The notes beneath the pieces were generated by a model. It ran no database searches, was not told where the DNA came from, and saw nothing but the letters and a program-made list of their open reading frames with translations. A stretch of DNA of 64,000 bases from the NCBI GenBank assembly GCA_964574445.1, contig CAZNNQ010000005.1:5092-69091 (forward strand), in the 5' to 3' direction. This document shows positions 50,464 through 62,094 of this stretch, piece after piece. The translations under genes were made by a program, and so were the position numbers. This stretch comes from an uncultured Eubacteriales bacterium. GTDB lineage: Bacteria > Bacillota > Peptococcia > Peptococcales > SKKY01. Position 1 is the stretch's first letter. Each line of letters begins with the position of its first letter.

Positions 50464-51246
50464 GTGCTAAAAGTTGCGGTTCTCGGAGCCTGCGGTAAAA
50501 TGGGTCTGGAAATTGTGAGATCTGTTATAAAAGAGGAGGGATTAGAACTCACGGAAGCTATAGATATCACGAATTTTGGATATGACATTGGCCTGCTTGC
50601 TGGAATAGGAGATCAAGGAGTTAAGGTAAAATCTATTAATGAATTAACGAACCCGGATATTTTGATTGATTTTACAAATGCTACTAGTTTCAGGGCAAAT
50701 ATGGAAACAATTTTAAAAAAGAAAATCAATGTAGTCAGTGGTTCAACAGGAATGAGTGATGATGAACTTAATTCATATGGGGAAATTGCTTTAGAAAATG
50801 AAGTAACTCTTTTTTTAGCACCAAACTATGCAATAGGTGCAGTGTTAATGATGAAGTTTGCCAAAGAGGCTGCTAAATATATTAAAGATATTGAAGTATT
50901 AGAATATCATCATGATCAGAAACTTGACGCTCCTTCAGGTACGGCCAAAAAGACATTAGATGACATGGCTAGTGTAAGAGGAATAAAAGTCCAAGGACAC
51001 CCTGAAGAATTTGAAACTATTGAAGGATCAAGGGGTGGAGAATATAAAGGTATGAGAGTTCATAGCATAAGATTACCTGGTTATGTTGCCAGCCAAGAAG
51101 TAATTTTTGGAACATTAGGACAAACATTAACTATTAGACATGACTCAATTTCTAGAGAGTCATTTATGCCGGGTATAATGATGGCTTGTAAAAAAATTAA
51201 AAGCCTAAAAAAAGGTTTAGTATTTGGCTTAGAAGAAATATTATAA
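50464..51246 (+). CDS. dapB: 4-hydroxy-tetrahydrodipicolinate reductase
   Basis: KVAVLGACGKMG NAD(P) motif and EYHHDQKLDAPSGTA motif. GTG 50464 lies 6 nt after GGAGGTG. Confidence 0.93.
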   Translation: MLKVAVLGACGKMGLEIVRSVIKEEGLELTEAIDITNFGYDIGLLAGIGDQGVKVKSINELTNPDILIDFTNATSFRANMETILKKKINVVSGSTGMSDDELNSYGEIALENEVTLFLAPNYAIGAVLMMKFAKEAAKYIKDIEVLEYHHDQKLDAPSGTAKKTLDDMASVRGIKVQGHPEEFETIEGSRGGEYKGMRVHSIRLPGYVASQEVIFGTLGQTLTIRHDSISRESFMPGIMMACKKIKSLKKGLVFGLEEIL

Positions 51247-51272
51247 AATATTTAATATAGGGAGGAATAATA

Positions 51273-52274
51273 ATGAGACTTGGAATCGTTGGAGCTACAG
51301 GAGCAGTAGGCCAAGAACTATTAAAGTGTATTGAAGAAAGAAATTTTCCATTTACAGAGTTAGTTTTATTAGCAAGCAGTAGATCTGCTGGAACAAAAAT
51401 TGATTTTATGGGAAAAACATATACCGTAGAAGAAACAACCGAAGATTCATTTGACAAGCTAGATATGGCTCTTTTTGCAGGAGGTCCAGCAAGCAGAGCT
51501 TTTGGAAGACTTGCACAAAGCAAAGGTGTAATAGTAATTGACAATAGTTCAACATTTAGAATGGAAGATGATGTTCCTTTAGTTGTTCCTGAAGTAAATC
51601 CAGAGGCTCTTGATAACCATAAGAATCTTATCGCAAATCCAAATTGTTCAACAATTATTATGGTTGCTGCATTATATCCTATTCATAAATATGCAACTAT
51701 AAAAAGAATTATTGTATCTACGTATCAAGCGGTATCCGGAGCAGGTAAAGAAGGAATTGATGAGTTGAATCTTCAAGTAAGACAATCACTTAACGGAGAA
51801 GAGACACAACCAGAAGTTTTTGCAAAACAAATTGCTTTTAATGTTGTTCCAAGAATTGATGTATGGGTTGATGAAGACTATACAAAAGAAGAAATGAAAA
51901 TGGTCTGGGAGACTCAAAAGATTTTTAATGTTCCCGATCTTGCAGTAACTGCAACTACAGTAAGAGTACCAGTTTTTAGAAGTCATTCTGAGTCAATTTA
52001 TATTGAGACTGAAAAACCAATTGATGCGGAGAAGGCAAGAGAAATATTGCAGAACGCACCTGGGGTTATTCTTCAGGATGATCCTGAAAATGAAGTATAT
52101 CCAACACCACTTGAAACTTCAACAAAAGATGAGGTTTTTGTTGGAAGAATTAGAAATGACCTATTTACAAAAAATGCACTAAATCTTTGGGTTGTTTCAG
52201 ATCAGATAAAAAAAGGTGCAGCGTTAAACACAATTCAAATAGCTGAAGAAATGATTAAAAGAAATCTTATTTAG
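51273..52274 (+). CDS. asd: aspartate-semialdehyde dehydrogenase
   Basis: MRLGIVGATGAVGQE at the N-terminus, NPNCSTI active-site Cys, and the VRVPVFRSHSES motif. Confidence 0.95.
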   Translation: MRLGIVGATGAVGQELLKCIEERNFPFTELVLLASSRSAGTKIDFMGKTYTVEETTEDSFDKLDMALFAGGPASRAFGRLAQSKGVIVIDNSSTFRMEDDVPLVVPEVNPEALDNHKNLIANPNCSTIIMVAALYPIHKYATIKRIIVSTYQAVSGAGKEGIDELNLQVRQSLNGEETQPEVFAKQIAFNVVPRIDVWVDEDYTKEEMKMVWETQKIFNVPDLAVTATTVRVPVFRSHSESIYIETEKPIDAEKAREILQNAPGVILQDDPENEVYPTPLETSTKDEVFVGRIRNDLFTKNALNLWVVSDQIKKGAALNTIQIAEEMIKRNLI

Positions 52275-52285
52275 GAGGAAAAATT

Positions 52286-53179
52286 ATGGAGTACGGCAGA
52301 TTATATACAGCAATGATAACCCCAATGTATGATAATGAAAAAGTTGATTTTCATAAAGCAGGGGTGTTAGCAAATCATCTTATAGAAAATGGTTCAGATG
52401 GTGTAGTAGTGGCTGGAACTACGGGAGAAGCCCCTCTCTTAACATATAAAGAAAAGATTGAACTTTTTAAAGTTGTTAAAGAGGCTGTTGGAAATCGTGG
52501 TCATGTTATTGCGGGTACGGGAGGTAACGAAACTATTGAAGCGGTTGAAATGACTAGAGATGCAGAAGAAATTGGTTGTGATGCCTCTATGTTGGTTGTA
52601 CCCTACTATAACAAACCACCCCAAGAACTGATATATAAACACTTTAAGATGGTAGCTGAATTAAGCCGTAAAATACCGATAATTCTATATAATATTCCGG
52701 GAAGAACAGCGGTCAATATGCTGCCAGAAACTGTAGTAAGATTAGCACAAGAATTCCCTAATATTAATGCCATAAAAGAAGCTTCTGGTTGTATTGACCA
52801 GATTATGGAGATTAAAAGACTTACAGGAAATAAAATGAAAATTTTTAGTGGCGATGATGGCATGACTTTACCAATTCTTTCTATTGGTGGCCATGGATTA
52901 ATTAGTGTAAGCTCACATGTTGTTGGAAAAGAATTAAAACAGATGATTAATTGTTTTCTAGCTGGAGATGTTGAATATGCAAGAAAAATAAATGATAAAC
53001 TTTACCCAATTGTTAAATCGATGTTTTTAACAACTAATCCAATCCCCGTAAAAACAGCAATGAATATTCTAGGTCACGAAGTAGGACCAATGAGAATGCC
53101 AATGGAATTAGCTTCTGGAAAGGTCTTTGAAGAGCTGAAGGAAAACCTAGAAGCCTTTGGAATAAAAAATATTAAATAA
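52286..53179 (+). CDS. dapA: 4-hydroxy-tetrahydrodipicolinate synthase
   Basis: AGTTGEAPLL, YNKP and YNIPGRT motifs, plus IKEASG containing the Schiff-base Lys. Confidence 0.95.
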   Translation: MEYGRLYTAMITPMYDNEKVDFHKAGVLANHLIENGSDGVVVAGTTGEAPLLTYKEKIELFKVVKEAVGNRGHVIAGTGGNETIEAVEMTRDAEEIGCDASMLVVPYYNKPPQELIYKHFKMVAELSRKIPIILYNIPGRTAVNMLPETVVRLAQEFPNINAIKEASGCIDQIMEIKRLTGNKMKIFSGDDGMTLPILSIGGHGLISVSSHVVGKELKQMINCFLAGDVEYARKINDKLYPIVKSMFLTTNPIPVKTAMNILGHEVGPMRMPMELASGKVFEELKENLEAFGIKNIK

Positions 53180-53185
53180 TATTAT

Positions 53186-53220
53186 AAAATCCATCCCAAA
53201 AAAGGGATGGATTTTTATTT
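53186..53220 (+). terminator. intrinsic terminator after dapA
   Basis: AAATCCATCCC-aaaaaa-GGGATGGATTT hairpin followed by a T-rich tail. Confidence 0.85.
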
Positions 53221-53264
53221 CAAAAAAAAATACAATAAAAAAACAAAATATTCAGAAAATTCTG

Positions 53265-53293
53265 TTGACTTCAAAAAAAGTCCATGGTATTAT
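53265..53293 (+). promoter_or_regulatory. near-consensus sigma-A promoter with an extended -10
   Basis: TTGACT (53265-70), a 17-nt spacer, then TGgTATTAT (-10 at 53288-93). Confidence 0.6.
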
Positions 53294-53299
53294 AAAGAT

Positions 53300-53773
53300 A
53301 CTCCAAAAGAGATTAGATTTAAGGAAACTTAAATCGGCTCTTATTGGTAGGCTCTCTGGATAACTTAATAAGTAGTAATCTCTTAAAAGTAGTTTTTGAA
53401 AGTGTATCAAGAAAGTGTGAAAAGCTTTACAAGGTGCAAATAAGAAAATGAAAGGCAAAGAACGAAAGTTGTTTGTAAGTTGAGTAAGTTAGAAGTTGCA
53501 AGGAAGTTTGGTAACTAAGAGTAACTGGAAAAAACTGTAAGATAAAGGTAATTGAAAGTTAGTTAGAAGTTAGTAAATGAAAGTCAGCTTTTAAGGAAAA
53601 ACAGTAAAAAAAGAGATGAAACGGAATTAAGTTATTAACGCTTATCGAAGGAAAAGCTCAGAGGGACAATTTTATAGGGGGTACTGTTATTTGCAGTACG
53701 ATTGTAAAGGAAGAAGATGAAGGAAATCTCAATTAGTCAGTTGAGAGAGTACTCCATCTTCTTCCGTTTTTTT
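53300..53773 (+). ncRNA. candidate unclassified ~470-nt non-coding transcript (structured 5' domain, C-poor AAGUU-repeat core, intrinsic terminator)
   Basis: No + strand ORF of 60 aa or more is listed in the ORF track between dapA and pcrA, and by my reading the small ORFs in the repeat core are at most about 10 aa. 5' domain: AGAGATTA (53308-15) pairs with TAATCTCT (53376-83), enclosing GATTTAAG-GAAA-CTTAAATC (53316-35). Eight AAGTT copies lie in 53466-53633. Terminator: GGAAGAAGATG (53709-19) pairs with CATCTTCTTCC (53755-65), followed by T7. pcrA has its own TGaTATAAT promoter at 53817-25. Confidence 0.5.
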
Positions 53774-53863
53774 GTAAAAAAAATAAACTTTTATTTTATG
53801 CTATTCTGCTATCTTATGATATAATTAATGTATTAGAATGGAAAAATTAAGGAGATGCTGATA

Positions 53864-56023
53864 TTGAATTTACTAGAAAACCTTAATCCGATGCAGAAAG
53901 AGGCTGTTCAACACGTTGAAGGGCCTTTATTAATTTTAGCCGGAGCGGGATCTGGAAAAACAAGAGTTATTATTCACAGGATTGCTTATCTGATATTTGA
54001 AAAGAAGATAAGTCCTTATAATATTCTTGCTATAACATTCACCAATAAAGCAGCCAGCGAAATGAAAAGCAGGCTTGAAAAGTTAATTGGTGTTGAAGGA
54101 GAGAAAGTATGGACGAGTACTTTTCATTCCATGTGCGTAAGAATTTTAAGAAGAGAAATACAAAATTTAGATTATAGTCCGGATTTTGTTATTTATGACA
54201 CTCAGGATCAATTATCGGTGATTAAAACAATTCTTAAAGAACGTAATTTAGAAGAAAAAAAATATCCTCCAAAGTTAATACTAGATAGGATCTCAAATTA
54301 TAAGAACCAACTTATTGGTGCAGCAGAATCTTCTAAATATGCATTGAATTATTTTGATGAAGTTATCACAGATATATATAAAGATTACCAGAAGAAACTT
54401 TTTAGTTTTAATGGGCTTGATTTTGATGATTTAATTATGTTAATGGTTAGGCTTTTCAGAGAAAATCCCGAAGTTTTGGAAAAATATCAAGATAGATTTA
54501 AATATATATTAGTTGATGAATATCAAGATACCAATAAAGCTCAATATGAATTAGTTAAAATGCTTGCTGCAAAATATAAAAATATTGCTGTAGTTGGTGA
54601 TGATGATCAGTCAATTTATCAATGGCGTGGGGCTGATATTACTAATATTCTTGAATTTGAAAAAGATTACCAAGAGACCAAAGTGATTAAACTTGAACAA
54701 AACTATAGATCAACAAAAACAATTATTAGTGCAGCTAATGCCGTTGTTTCTAAAAATGCACAAAGAAAAGATAAAACCTTAGTAACTGATAAAGGTGAAG
54801 GAGAAAAAATATATTATTATCCTGCTTATGATGAAATAGAAGAAGCAAGCTTTATCTCAAATAAGATTGAAGATTTAAAGACAAAAGATAATAAAAAATA
54901 TAAAGATTTTGCAATACTATGTCGTGTTACTTCTCAGTTCCGTGCTATAGAAGAGGGATTAATACGCAAAGGTCTTCCTTATAAAATTTTCGGTGGAATT
55001 AAATTCTACGAAAGAAAAGAAGTTAAAGATATTCTTGCATACCTAAGATTAATCGTTAATGATGGGGACGAAATATCACTAAAAAGAGTTATTAATAGTC
55101 CGAAACGAGGTATAGGTGAGGGAAGTTGGGAAAAATTAGCTGCTTATGCACAACAAGAAAACATAACGATTTATCAATCTATGGACTTTACTGAAGAAGC
55201 TGAAATAAGCAAACGAACTTCAGAAGCTATTAAAAATTTCAAAAAAATGATGGATCATTTTAAAGAAGAAAGCAAAATTAAGAATGTAACTGATCTTACT
55301 AATATAATATTACTAGACACAGGCTATATAGAAGAGCTAAAAAATGAAAAAACAATTGAATCAGAAACAAGGTTAGAAAACCTTCAAGAATTTTTATCTG
55401 TGACTACTGAATATGATCAAACCAGTGTAGATGGCAATTTAGCTCAATTCCTTTCCGAAATAGCTTTAGTTAGTGATACTGACACCTATCAAGAAGATGA
55501 TGATGCTGTGGTTATGATGACTATTCATAGTGCAAAAGGCCTTGAATTTCCAGTAGTTTTTTTAACTGGTCTTGAAGAAAATATTTTCCCTCATAGTAGA
55601 AGCCTTAATTCTGGAGAACCAACAGAAGTTGAGGAAGAAAGACGTCTTTGTTATGTAGCAATTACCAGAGCAGAAGAAAACCTCTTTATTACAAGGGCTT
55701 GGAGAAGAAAAATGTTTGGCCGTGATTCATATAATCAACAATCTAGATTTATTAGTGAGATACCAAAAAAACATATTCATAATGATGAATCAAAAGAAAA
55801 GCAAGTTAACATGAATCAAGATACAATTCCTAAGATTGCTCCCATTGGCAAAGATTCAGACTTTTTAGCAATTGGAGATCAAATTGAACACAAAAAGTGG
55901 GGAGTTGGATGTATAGTTGCTATTCATGGTGATGGAGAAGATTCAGAAATTAGTATTGCTTTTCCAAATCTAGGAATAAAGAAACTTATCGGAAAATATG
56001 CACCAATTGTAAAAATAAAGTAG
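53864..56023 (+). CDS. pcrA: ATP-dependent DNA helicase PcrA (UvrD/Rep family)
   Basis: LNPMQKEAV, AGAGSGKT, VDEYQDTN and TIHSAKGLEF motifs. TTG 53864 lies 9 nt after AAGGAG and is preferred over ATG 53855, which abuts the SD. Confidence 0.93.
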   Translation: MNLLENLNPMQKEAVQHVEGPLLILAGAGSGKTRVIIHRIAYLIFEKKISPYNILAITFTNKAASEMKSRLEKLIGVEGEKVWTSTFHSMCVRILRREIQNLDYSPDFVIYDTQDQLSVIKTILKERNLEEKKYPPKLILDRISNYKNQLIGAAESSKYALNYFDEVITDIYKDYQKKLFSFNGLDFDDLIMLMVRLFRENPEVLEKYQDRFKYILVDEYQDTNKAQYELVKMLAAKYKNIAVVGDDDQSIYQWRGADITNILEFEKDYQETKVIKLEQNYRSTKTIISAANAVVSKNAQRKDKTLVTDKGEGEKIYYYPAYDEIEEASFISNKIEDLKTKDNKKYKDFAILCRVTSQFRAIEEGLIRKGLPYKIFGGIKFYERKEVKDILAYLRLIVNDGDEISLKRVINSPKRGIGEGSWEKLAAYAQQENITIYQSMDFTEEAEISKRTSEAIKNFKKMMDHFKEESKIKNVTDLTNIILLDTGYIEELKNEKTIESETRLENLQEFLSVTTEYDQTSVDGNLAQFLSEIALVSDTDTYQEDDDAVVMMTIHSAKGLEFPVVFLTGLEENIFPHSRSLNSGEPTEVEEERRLCYVAITRAEENLFITRAWRRKMFGRDSYNQQSRFISEIPKKHIHNDESKEKQVNMNQDTIPKIAPIGKDSDFLAIGDQIEHKKWGVGCIVAIHGDGEDSEISIAFPNLGIKKLIGKYAPIVKIK

Positions 56024-58039
<2,016 letters not shown>

Positions 58040-58085
58040 AATAAGTTTGTTATATTTAAAAAACTGAGATTCGGGATGGTGTAAA

Positions 58086-58370
58086 ATGAAAATTAATATT
58101 AATGATGTTGAGTATGTTGCAAAACTTGCAAGACTTGAACTATCTGAAGAGGAAAAGACTCGACAGCTTGAAAAGCTGAATAAAATACTTGATTATATGG
58201 AAATACTAAACAAGGTTGATACAGAAGGAGTTCAGCCACTAGCTCATGTTCTTCCTATTAACAACGTTTTTCGAAAAGATGAGGTACATAAAACATTAGA
58301 CAGAGAAATAGCTTTGCAGAATGCTCCTGAAAAAGCTCAGGGAATGTTCCGCGTGCCTAAAATAGTTTAA
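58086..58370 (+). CDS. gatC: Asp/Glu-tRNA amidotransferase subunit C
   Basis: 94 aa. Contains VAKLARLELSEEE. Confidence 0.93.
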   Translation: MKININDVEYVAKLARLELSEEEKTRQLEKLNKILDYMEILNKVDTEGVQPLAHVLPINNVFRKDEVHKTLDREIALQNAPEKAQGMFRVPKIV

Positions 58371-58382
58371 GGAGGAATAAAG

Positions 58383-59846
58383 GTGACATATTTTAAATAT
58401 ACAGCTCACGAAATTCTTGATTTATTAAACAAGAAAGAAGTAAGTTCCCTTGAAGTTACAGAGTCCGTTTATAAGAGAATTGAAGATAAAGATCCAAAAA
58501 TCCAAGCCTATCTTGCCCTTAACAAAGAAAAGGCTTTGGCAAAGGCCAAAGTAATTGATGAGAAAAGAGCTAAAAATATTCAGGTTGGAAAACTTGCTGG
58601 AATTCCAATGGCACTTAAAGATAATATTTCAACAAAGGATTTAATAACAACTTGTTCATCAAAAATGTTGTATAACTATAAACCTCCTTATGATGCAACA
58701 ACTGCATTAAAGCTTGCAGAGGAGGATTCAATCTTACTAGGAAAACTGAATATGGATGAGTTCGCAATGGGATCATCAACAGAATCATCTTATTTTCAAA
58801 CAACAAAAAATCCTTTTGATCTATCTCGAGTTCCAGGTGGTTCTTCTGGTGGAGCTGCTGCTGCAGTTGCTGCAGATGAGGCTTTTTTTACCTTAGGTTC
58901 AGATACAGGTGGATCAATTAGACAACCAGCTTCCTATTGTGGTGTTGTGGGTATGAAACCAACCTATGGTGCAGTGTCACGTTATGGGCTTATTGCCTTT
59001 GCATCTTCTTTAGATCAAATTGGGCCATTTACAAAGGATGTTACTGACTGTGCATTAGTTATGAACAGCATAACAGGTCATGATGCCAACGATTCCACAT
59101 CTGCAAATATAAAATACCCTGATTATACCAAGGCATTAGTTAATGATATTAAAGGTATGAAAATTGGTATTCCGAAAGAATATTTTGGTGAAGGAATTTC
59201 AGCTGGTGTAAAAGCAAATATTGATGAAGCTATTAAAAAGTTGGAAGAACTGGGAGCAGAAATTGGTGAGTGTTCTATGCCAAACACGGAATATGCAATG
59301 CCAGCCTACTATATAATTGCTCCTGCTGAGTGTAGCTCAAACCTTTCCCGTTTTGATGGGGTAAGATATGGTCTTCGTTCAGAACAAGAAGACACTTTAA
59401 TGGAGATGTTCTGCAAAACAAGAGAACAAGGTTTTGGCTCGGAGGTTAAATCTAGAATTATGCTTGGTACTTATGCATTGAGTGCTGGTTATTATGATGC
59501 ATATTATTTAAAAGCTTTAAGAGTAAGAAATCTAATTAAACAAGATTTTGATAAAGCTTTTGAAAAGTTTGATCTTTTGTTAACTCCAACAGTACCAAGT
59601 GCAGCTTTCAAATTCGGAGAAATTTCAGATCCAATATCAATGTATCTTCAGGACGTATGCACAATTCCCGTAAACCTTGCGGGTCTTCCAGGTCTCTCAA
59701 TGCCTTATGGTACAACTGAGGGAATGCCAGTAGGGATCCAGTTAATTGGTAAGCCTTTTGGTGAAGAAACTATTTTAAGAGCAGCATATACTTTGGAACA
59801 AAATTCGGATAAGACAATACTAAAAGCCGGATTTAAGGGGGAGTAG
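58383..59846 (+). CDS. gatA: Asp/Glu-tRNA amidotransferase subunit A
   Basis: Amidase signature [13 protein letters not shown]...[13 protein letters not shown]. Confidence 0.95.
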   Translation: MTYFKYTAHEILDLLNKKEVSSLEVTESVYKRIEDKDPKIQAYLALNKEKALAKAKVIDEKRAKNIQVGKLAGIPMALKDNISTKDLITTCSSKMLYNYKPPYDATTALKLAEEDSILLGKLNMDEFAMGSSTESSYFQTTKNPFDLSRVPGGSSGGAAAAVAADEAFFTLGSDTGGSIRQPASYCGVVGMKPTYGAVSRYGLIAFASSLDQIGPFTKDVTDCALVMNSITGHDANDSTSANIKYPDYTKALVNDIKGMKIGIPKEYFGEGISAGVKANIDEAIKKLEELGAEIGECSMPNTEYAMPAYYIIAPAECSSNLSRFDGVRYGLRSEQEDTLMEMFCKTREQGFGSEVKSRIMLGTYALSAGYYDAYYLKALRVRNLIKQDFDKAFEKFDLLLTPTVPSAAFKFGEISDPISMYLQDVCTIPVNLAGLPGLSMPYGTTEGMPVGIQLIGKPFGEETILRAAYTLEQNSDKTILKAGFKGE

Positions 59847-59850
59847 AATA

Positions 59851-61290
59851 ATGAATTATGAAGTAGTTATTGGACTTGAAGTTCACGTTGAACTAAAAAC
59901 AAAAACAAAAATATTCTGCAGCTGCCCTAATGAATTTGGTTCAGAACCTAATACAAATATTTGTCCAAGATGCCTTGGACTCCCTGGTACCTTACCAGTG
60001 TTAAATGAAAAAGTACTTGAATATGCAATTAAGGCAGGTCTTGCATTAAACTGTGAGATTGCAGAGTTTAGCAAATTTGACAGAAAAAACTATTTTTATC
60101 CTGACCTAACAAAGGCCTATCAAATTTCCCAATTTGATTTACCTATTTGTGAGCATGGATTTTTAGATATTGAAGTAGAGGGAAATCATAAAAGAATTGG
60201 AATAACCAGAATTCATATGGAAGAAGATGCAGGAAAACTTGTCCACGAAGGAGACACTATCTCTGTTTCTGACTCTTCTCTAGTTGACTATAACAGAGCA
60301 GGAGTTCCGTTAATTGAAATTGTTTCTGAGCCGGATATGAGGTCTTCGGAGGAAGCAAAAGCATTTTTGGAAAAACTAAAAGCATATATTGAATATACAG
60401 GAGTATCTGATGTAAAAATGGAACAAGGTTCCCTTCGTTGTGATGCTAACGTTTCGGTTAGACCTTTTGGTCAAAAAGAATTTGGTACAAGGGCAGAGGT
60501 AAAAAACCTTAACTCTTTCCGTGCTGTACAAAAAGCTATTGAATATGAAGTTGAAAGACAAATTGAATTAATTGAAGATGGTGGCAAAGTTGTTCAGGAA
60601 ACAAGAACCTGGGATGATGCTCAAGGAATTACTTTGAGCTTAAGAGGTAAAGAGGAAGCAAATGACTATCGTTACTTCCCAGATCCAGACTTAACACCCT
60701 TAATTATATCTAAAGAATATATTGAAGAAATTAGAAAAACAATTCCAGAACTTCCTGATGTGAAAAAAGAAAGATTAATTAATGAAATGGGTCTTCCTGA
60801 ATATGATGCGGGAGTAATTACCAGCTCCAAAGGTCTGGCGGTATTTTTTGATGAAACAGTTGCAATTTATCCTGATGCGAAAAAAGTATGTAACTGGTTA
60901 ATGGTTGAGTTTTGCCGTTTGCTAAACTCAGAATCAGTGGAAATAGAAAATTCCCAGGTTACACCAGAAAAACTTGCTGCTTTATTAAAGCTGGTTGATG
61001 ATGGTAAAATTAGCGGTAAAATAGCAAAAACTGTTTTTGAAGAAATGTTTATCAGCGGAAAAGACCCTGAATCAATTGTTGAAGAAAAAGGACTTGTGCA
61101 AATTTCTGATGAAGGTGCTCTTGGTACAATGATTGATAAAATCATTTCCGAGAATCCTAAATCAGTTGAGGATTACAAAGCGGGAAATAAAAAGGCAATT
61201 GGTTTCTTAGTTGGTCAGATAATGAAAGAAACCCAAGGACAAGCTAATCCCGGCATGGTAAATAAAATGCTTACAGAAAGACTCGGTTAA
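59851..61290 (+). CDS. gatB: Asp/Glu-tRNA amidotransferase subunit B
   Basis: [18 protein letters not shown] and [15 protein letters not shown] motifs. Confidence 0.95.
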   Translation: MNYEVVIGLEVHVELKTKTKIFCSCPNEFGSEPNTNICPRCLGLPGTLPVLNEKVLEYAIKAGLALNCEIAEFSKFDRKNYFYPDLTKAYQISQFDLPICEHGFLDIEVEGNHKRIGITRIHMEEDAGKLVHEGDTISVSDSSLVDYNRAGVPLIEIVSEPDMRSSEEAKAFLEKLKAYIEYTGVSDVKMEQGSLRCDANVSVRPFGQKEFGTRAEVKNLNSFRAVQKAIEYEVERQIELIEDGGKVVQETRTWDDAQGITLSLRGKEEANDYRYFPDPDLTPLIISKEYIEEIRKTIPELPDVKKERLINEMGLPEYDAGVITSSKGLAVFFDETVAIYPDAKKVCNWLMVEFCRLLNSESVEIENSQVTPEKLAALLKLVDDGKISGKIAKTVFEEMFISGKDPESIVEEKGLVQISDEGALGTMIDKIISENPKSVEDYKAGNKKAIGFLVGQIMKETQGQANPGMVNKMLTERLG

Positions 61291-61292
61291 AA

Positions 61293-62012
61293 ATGGATCA
61301 AGAAAAAATAAAAAAAGTACCATGGGGCATTTTTGAAGCCCTTGCAGTATTTTTGATATTTCTCCTTATTTCCTTTTTTGCACCTGAAATAAAAAAAGTT
61401 ACTGATTTGATAATGGGTAGTTTTTCATTGGATCTTTCATTGATTGATTTATTTTTCATTTTCAGTATCTTTCAGTTTATTATTTTTATTGGGTATATTC
61501 TTCTAGTTGTTAAAGGAAAGTATAAACTGAATTTTAAAATATTCATGAAAAGAAAGTATTCTTTAGGAGAAATTGGGAAATACGGATTAATAAGTAGTGC
61601 TGTGCTTTTCTTTTCTACAATGGTTATCAGTACATTAATTTTTGCAATGTTCCCAGTTCAAGGTGAACCCCAAGATATTTTGAATATTTTTGGAGAAGCT
61701 GGAAATAAATGGGAAATGGTGGCTGTTTTCATTTCAGCTGCGGTTCTTGCACCTATTAGTGAAGAATTATATTTTAGAGGATTCTTATATAAGGCTCTTA
61801 GAAATAAATATTCTGAAGGAGTAGGTATTGCAATCGCTTCTGTTATTTTTGCGTCAGTACATTTTGATCTTTATAGATTTGTACCATTTTTTACGGCAGG
61901 TATAATTTTGAACCATATTTATGAAAAATATGAGAATATTTTAATACCAATGATTGCTCATAGTGTTTGGAATGGAATTATGGTTTTAGCTTTATTTTCA
62001 ACTATGGGATAA
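61293..62012 (+). CDS. CPBP-family intramembrane glutamic endopeptidase (CAAX protease-like)
   Basis: Contains SEELYFRGF, FASVHF and AHSVWNG motifs in a polytopic membrane protein. Confidence 0.8.
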   Translation: MDQEKIKKVPWGIFEALAVFLIFLLISFFAPEIKKVTDLIMGSFSLDLSLIDLFFIFSIFQFIIFIGYILLVVKGKYKLNFKIFMKRKYSLGEIGKYGLISSAVLFFSTMVISTLIFAMFPVQGEPQDILNIFGEAGNKWEMVAVFISAAVLAPISEELYFRGFLYKALRNKYSEGVGIAIASVIFASVHFDLYRFVPFFTAGIILNHIYEKYENILIPMIAHSVWNGIMVLALFSTMG

Positions 62013-62041
62013 AAATAAAAGAATGAGAATAAAAAAACTTT

Positions 62042-62080
62042 GAGAGGGAACATGACAGGATGCATGTTCCCTCTTTTAAA
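62042..62080 (+). terminator. intrinsic terminator
   Basis: GAGAGGGAACATG...CATGTTCCCTCTT hairpin followed by a T-rich tail. Confidence 0.75.
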
Positions 62081-62094
62081 ATGGAGGAAATAAT

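Noticed and set aside
53252-53458. A 68-aa ORF on the minus strand in the dapA-pcrA spacer.
   Set aside because: It has no SD and an odd Phe/Leu-rich translation. It runs antisense to a unit with clear + strand promoter and terminator signals.
53447-53482. A mini-ORF, MKGKERKLFVS (ATG 53447), with AAGGTG 11 nt upstream inside the candidate ncRNA.
   Set aside because: It is too short and unsupported. It could be a leader peptide, but nothing in the sequence (no codon runs and no overlapping alternative hairpins) argues for attenuation.
53300-53773. A T-box leader or other riboswitch interpretation of the pcrA-upstream RNA.
   Set aside because: There is no T-box 14-mer (AGGGUGGNACCGCG) or antiterminator alternative. 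The downstream gene has its own promoter and is not an amino-acid-related gene. I could not see any conserved cores of the L-box, SAM, FMN, TPP, glycine, purine or c-di-GMP classes.
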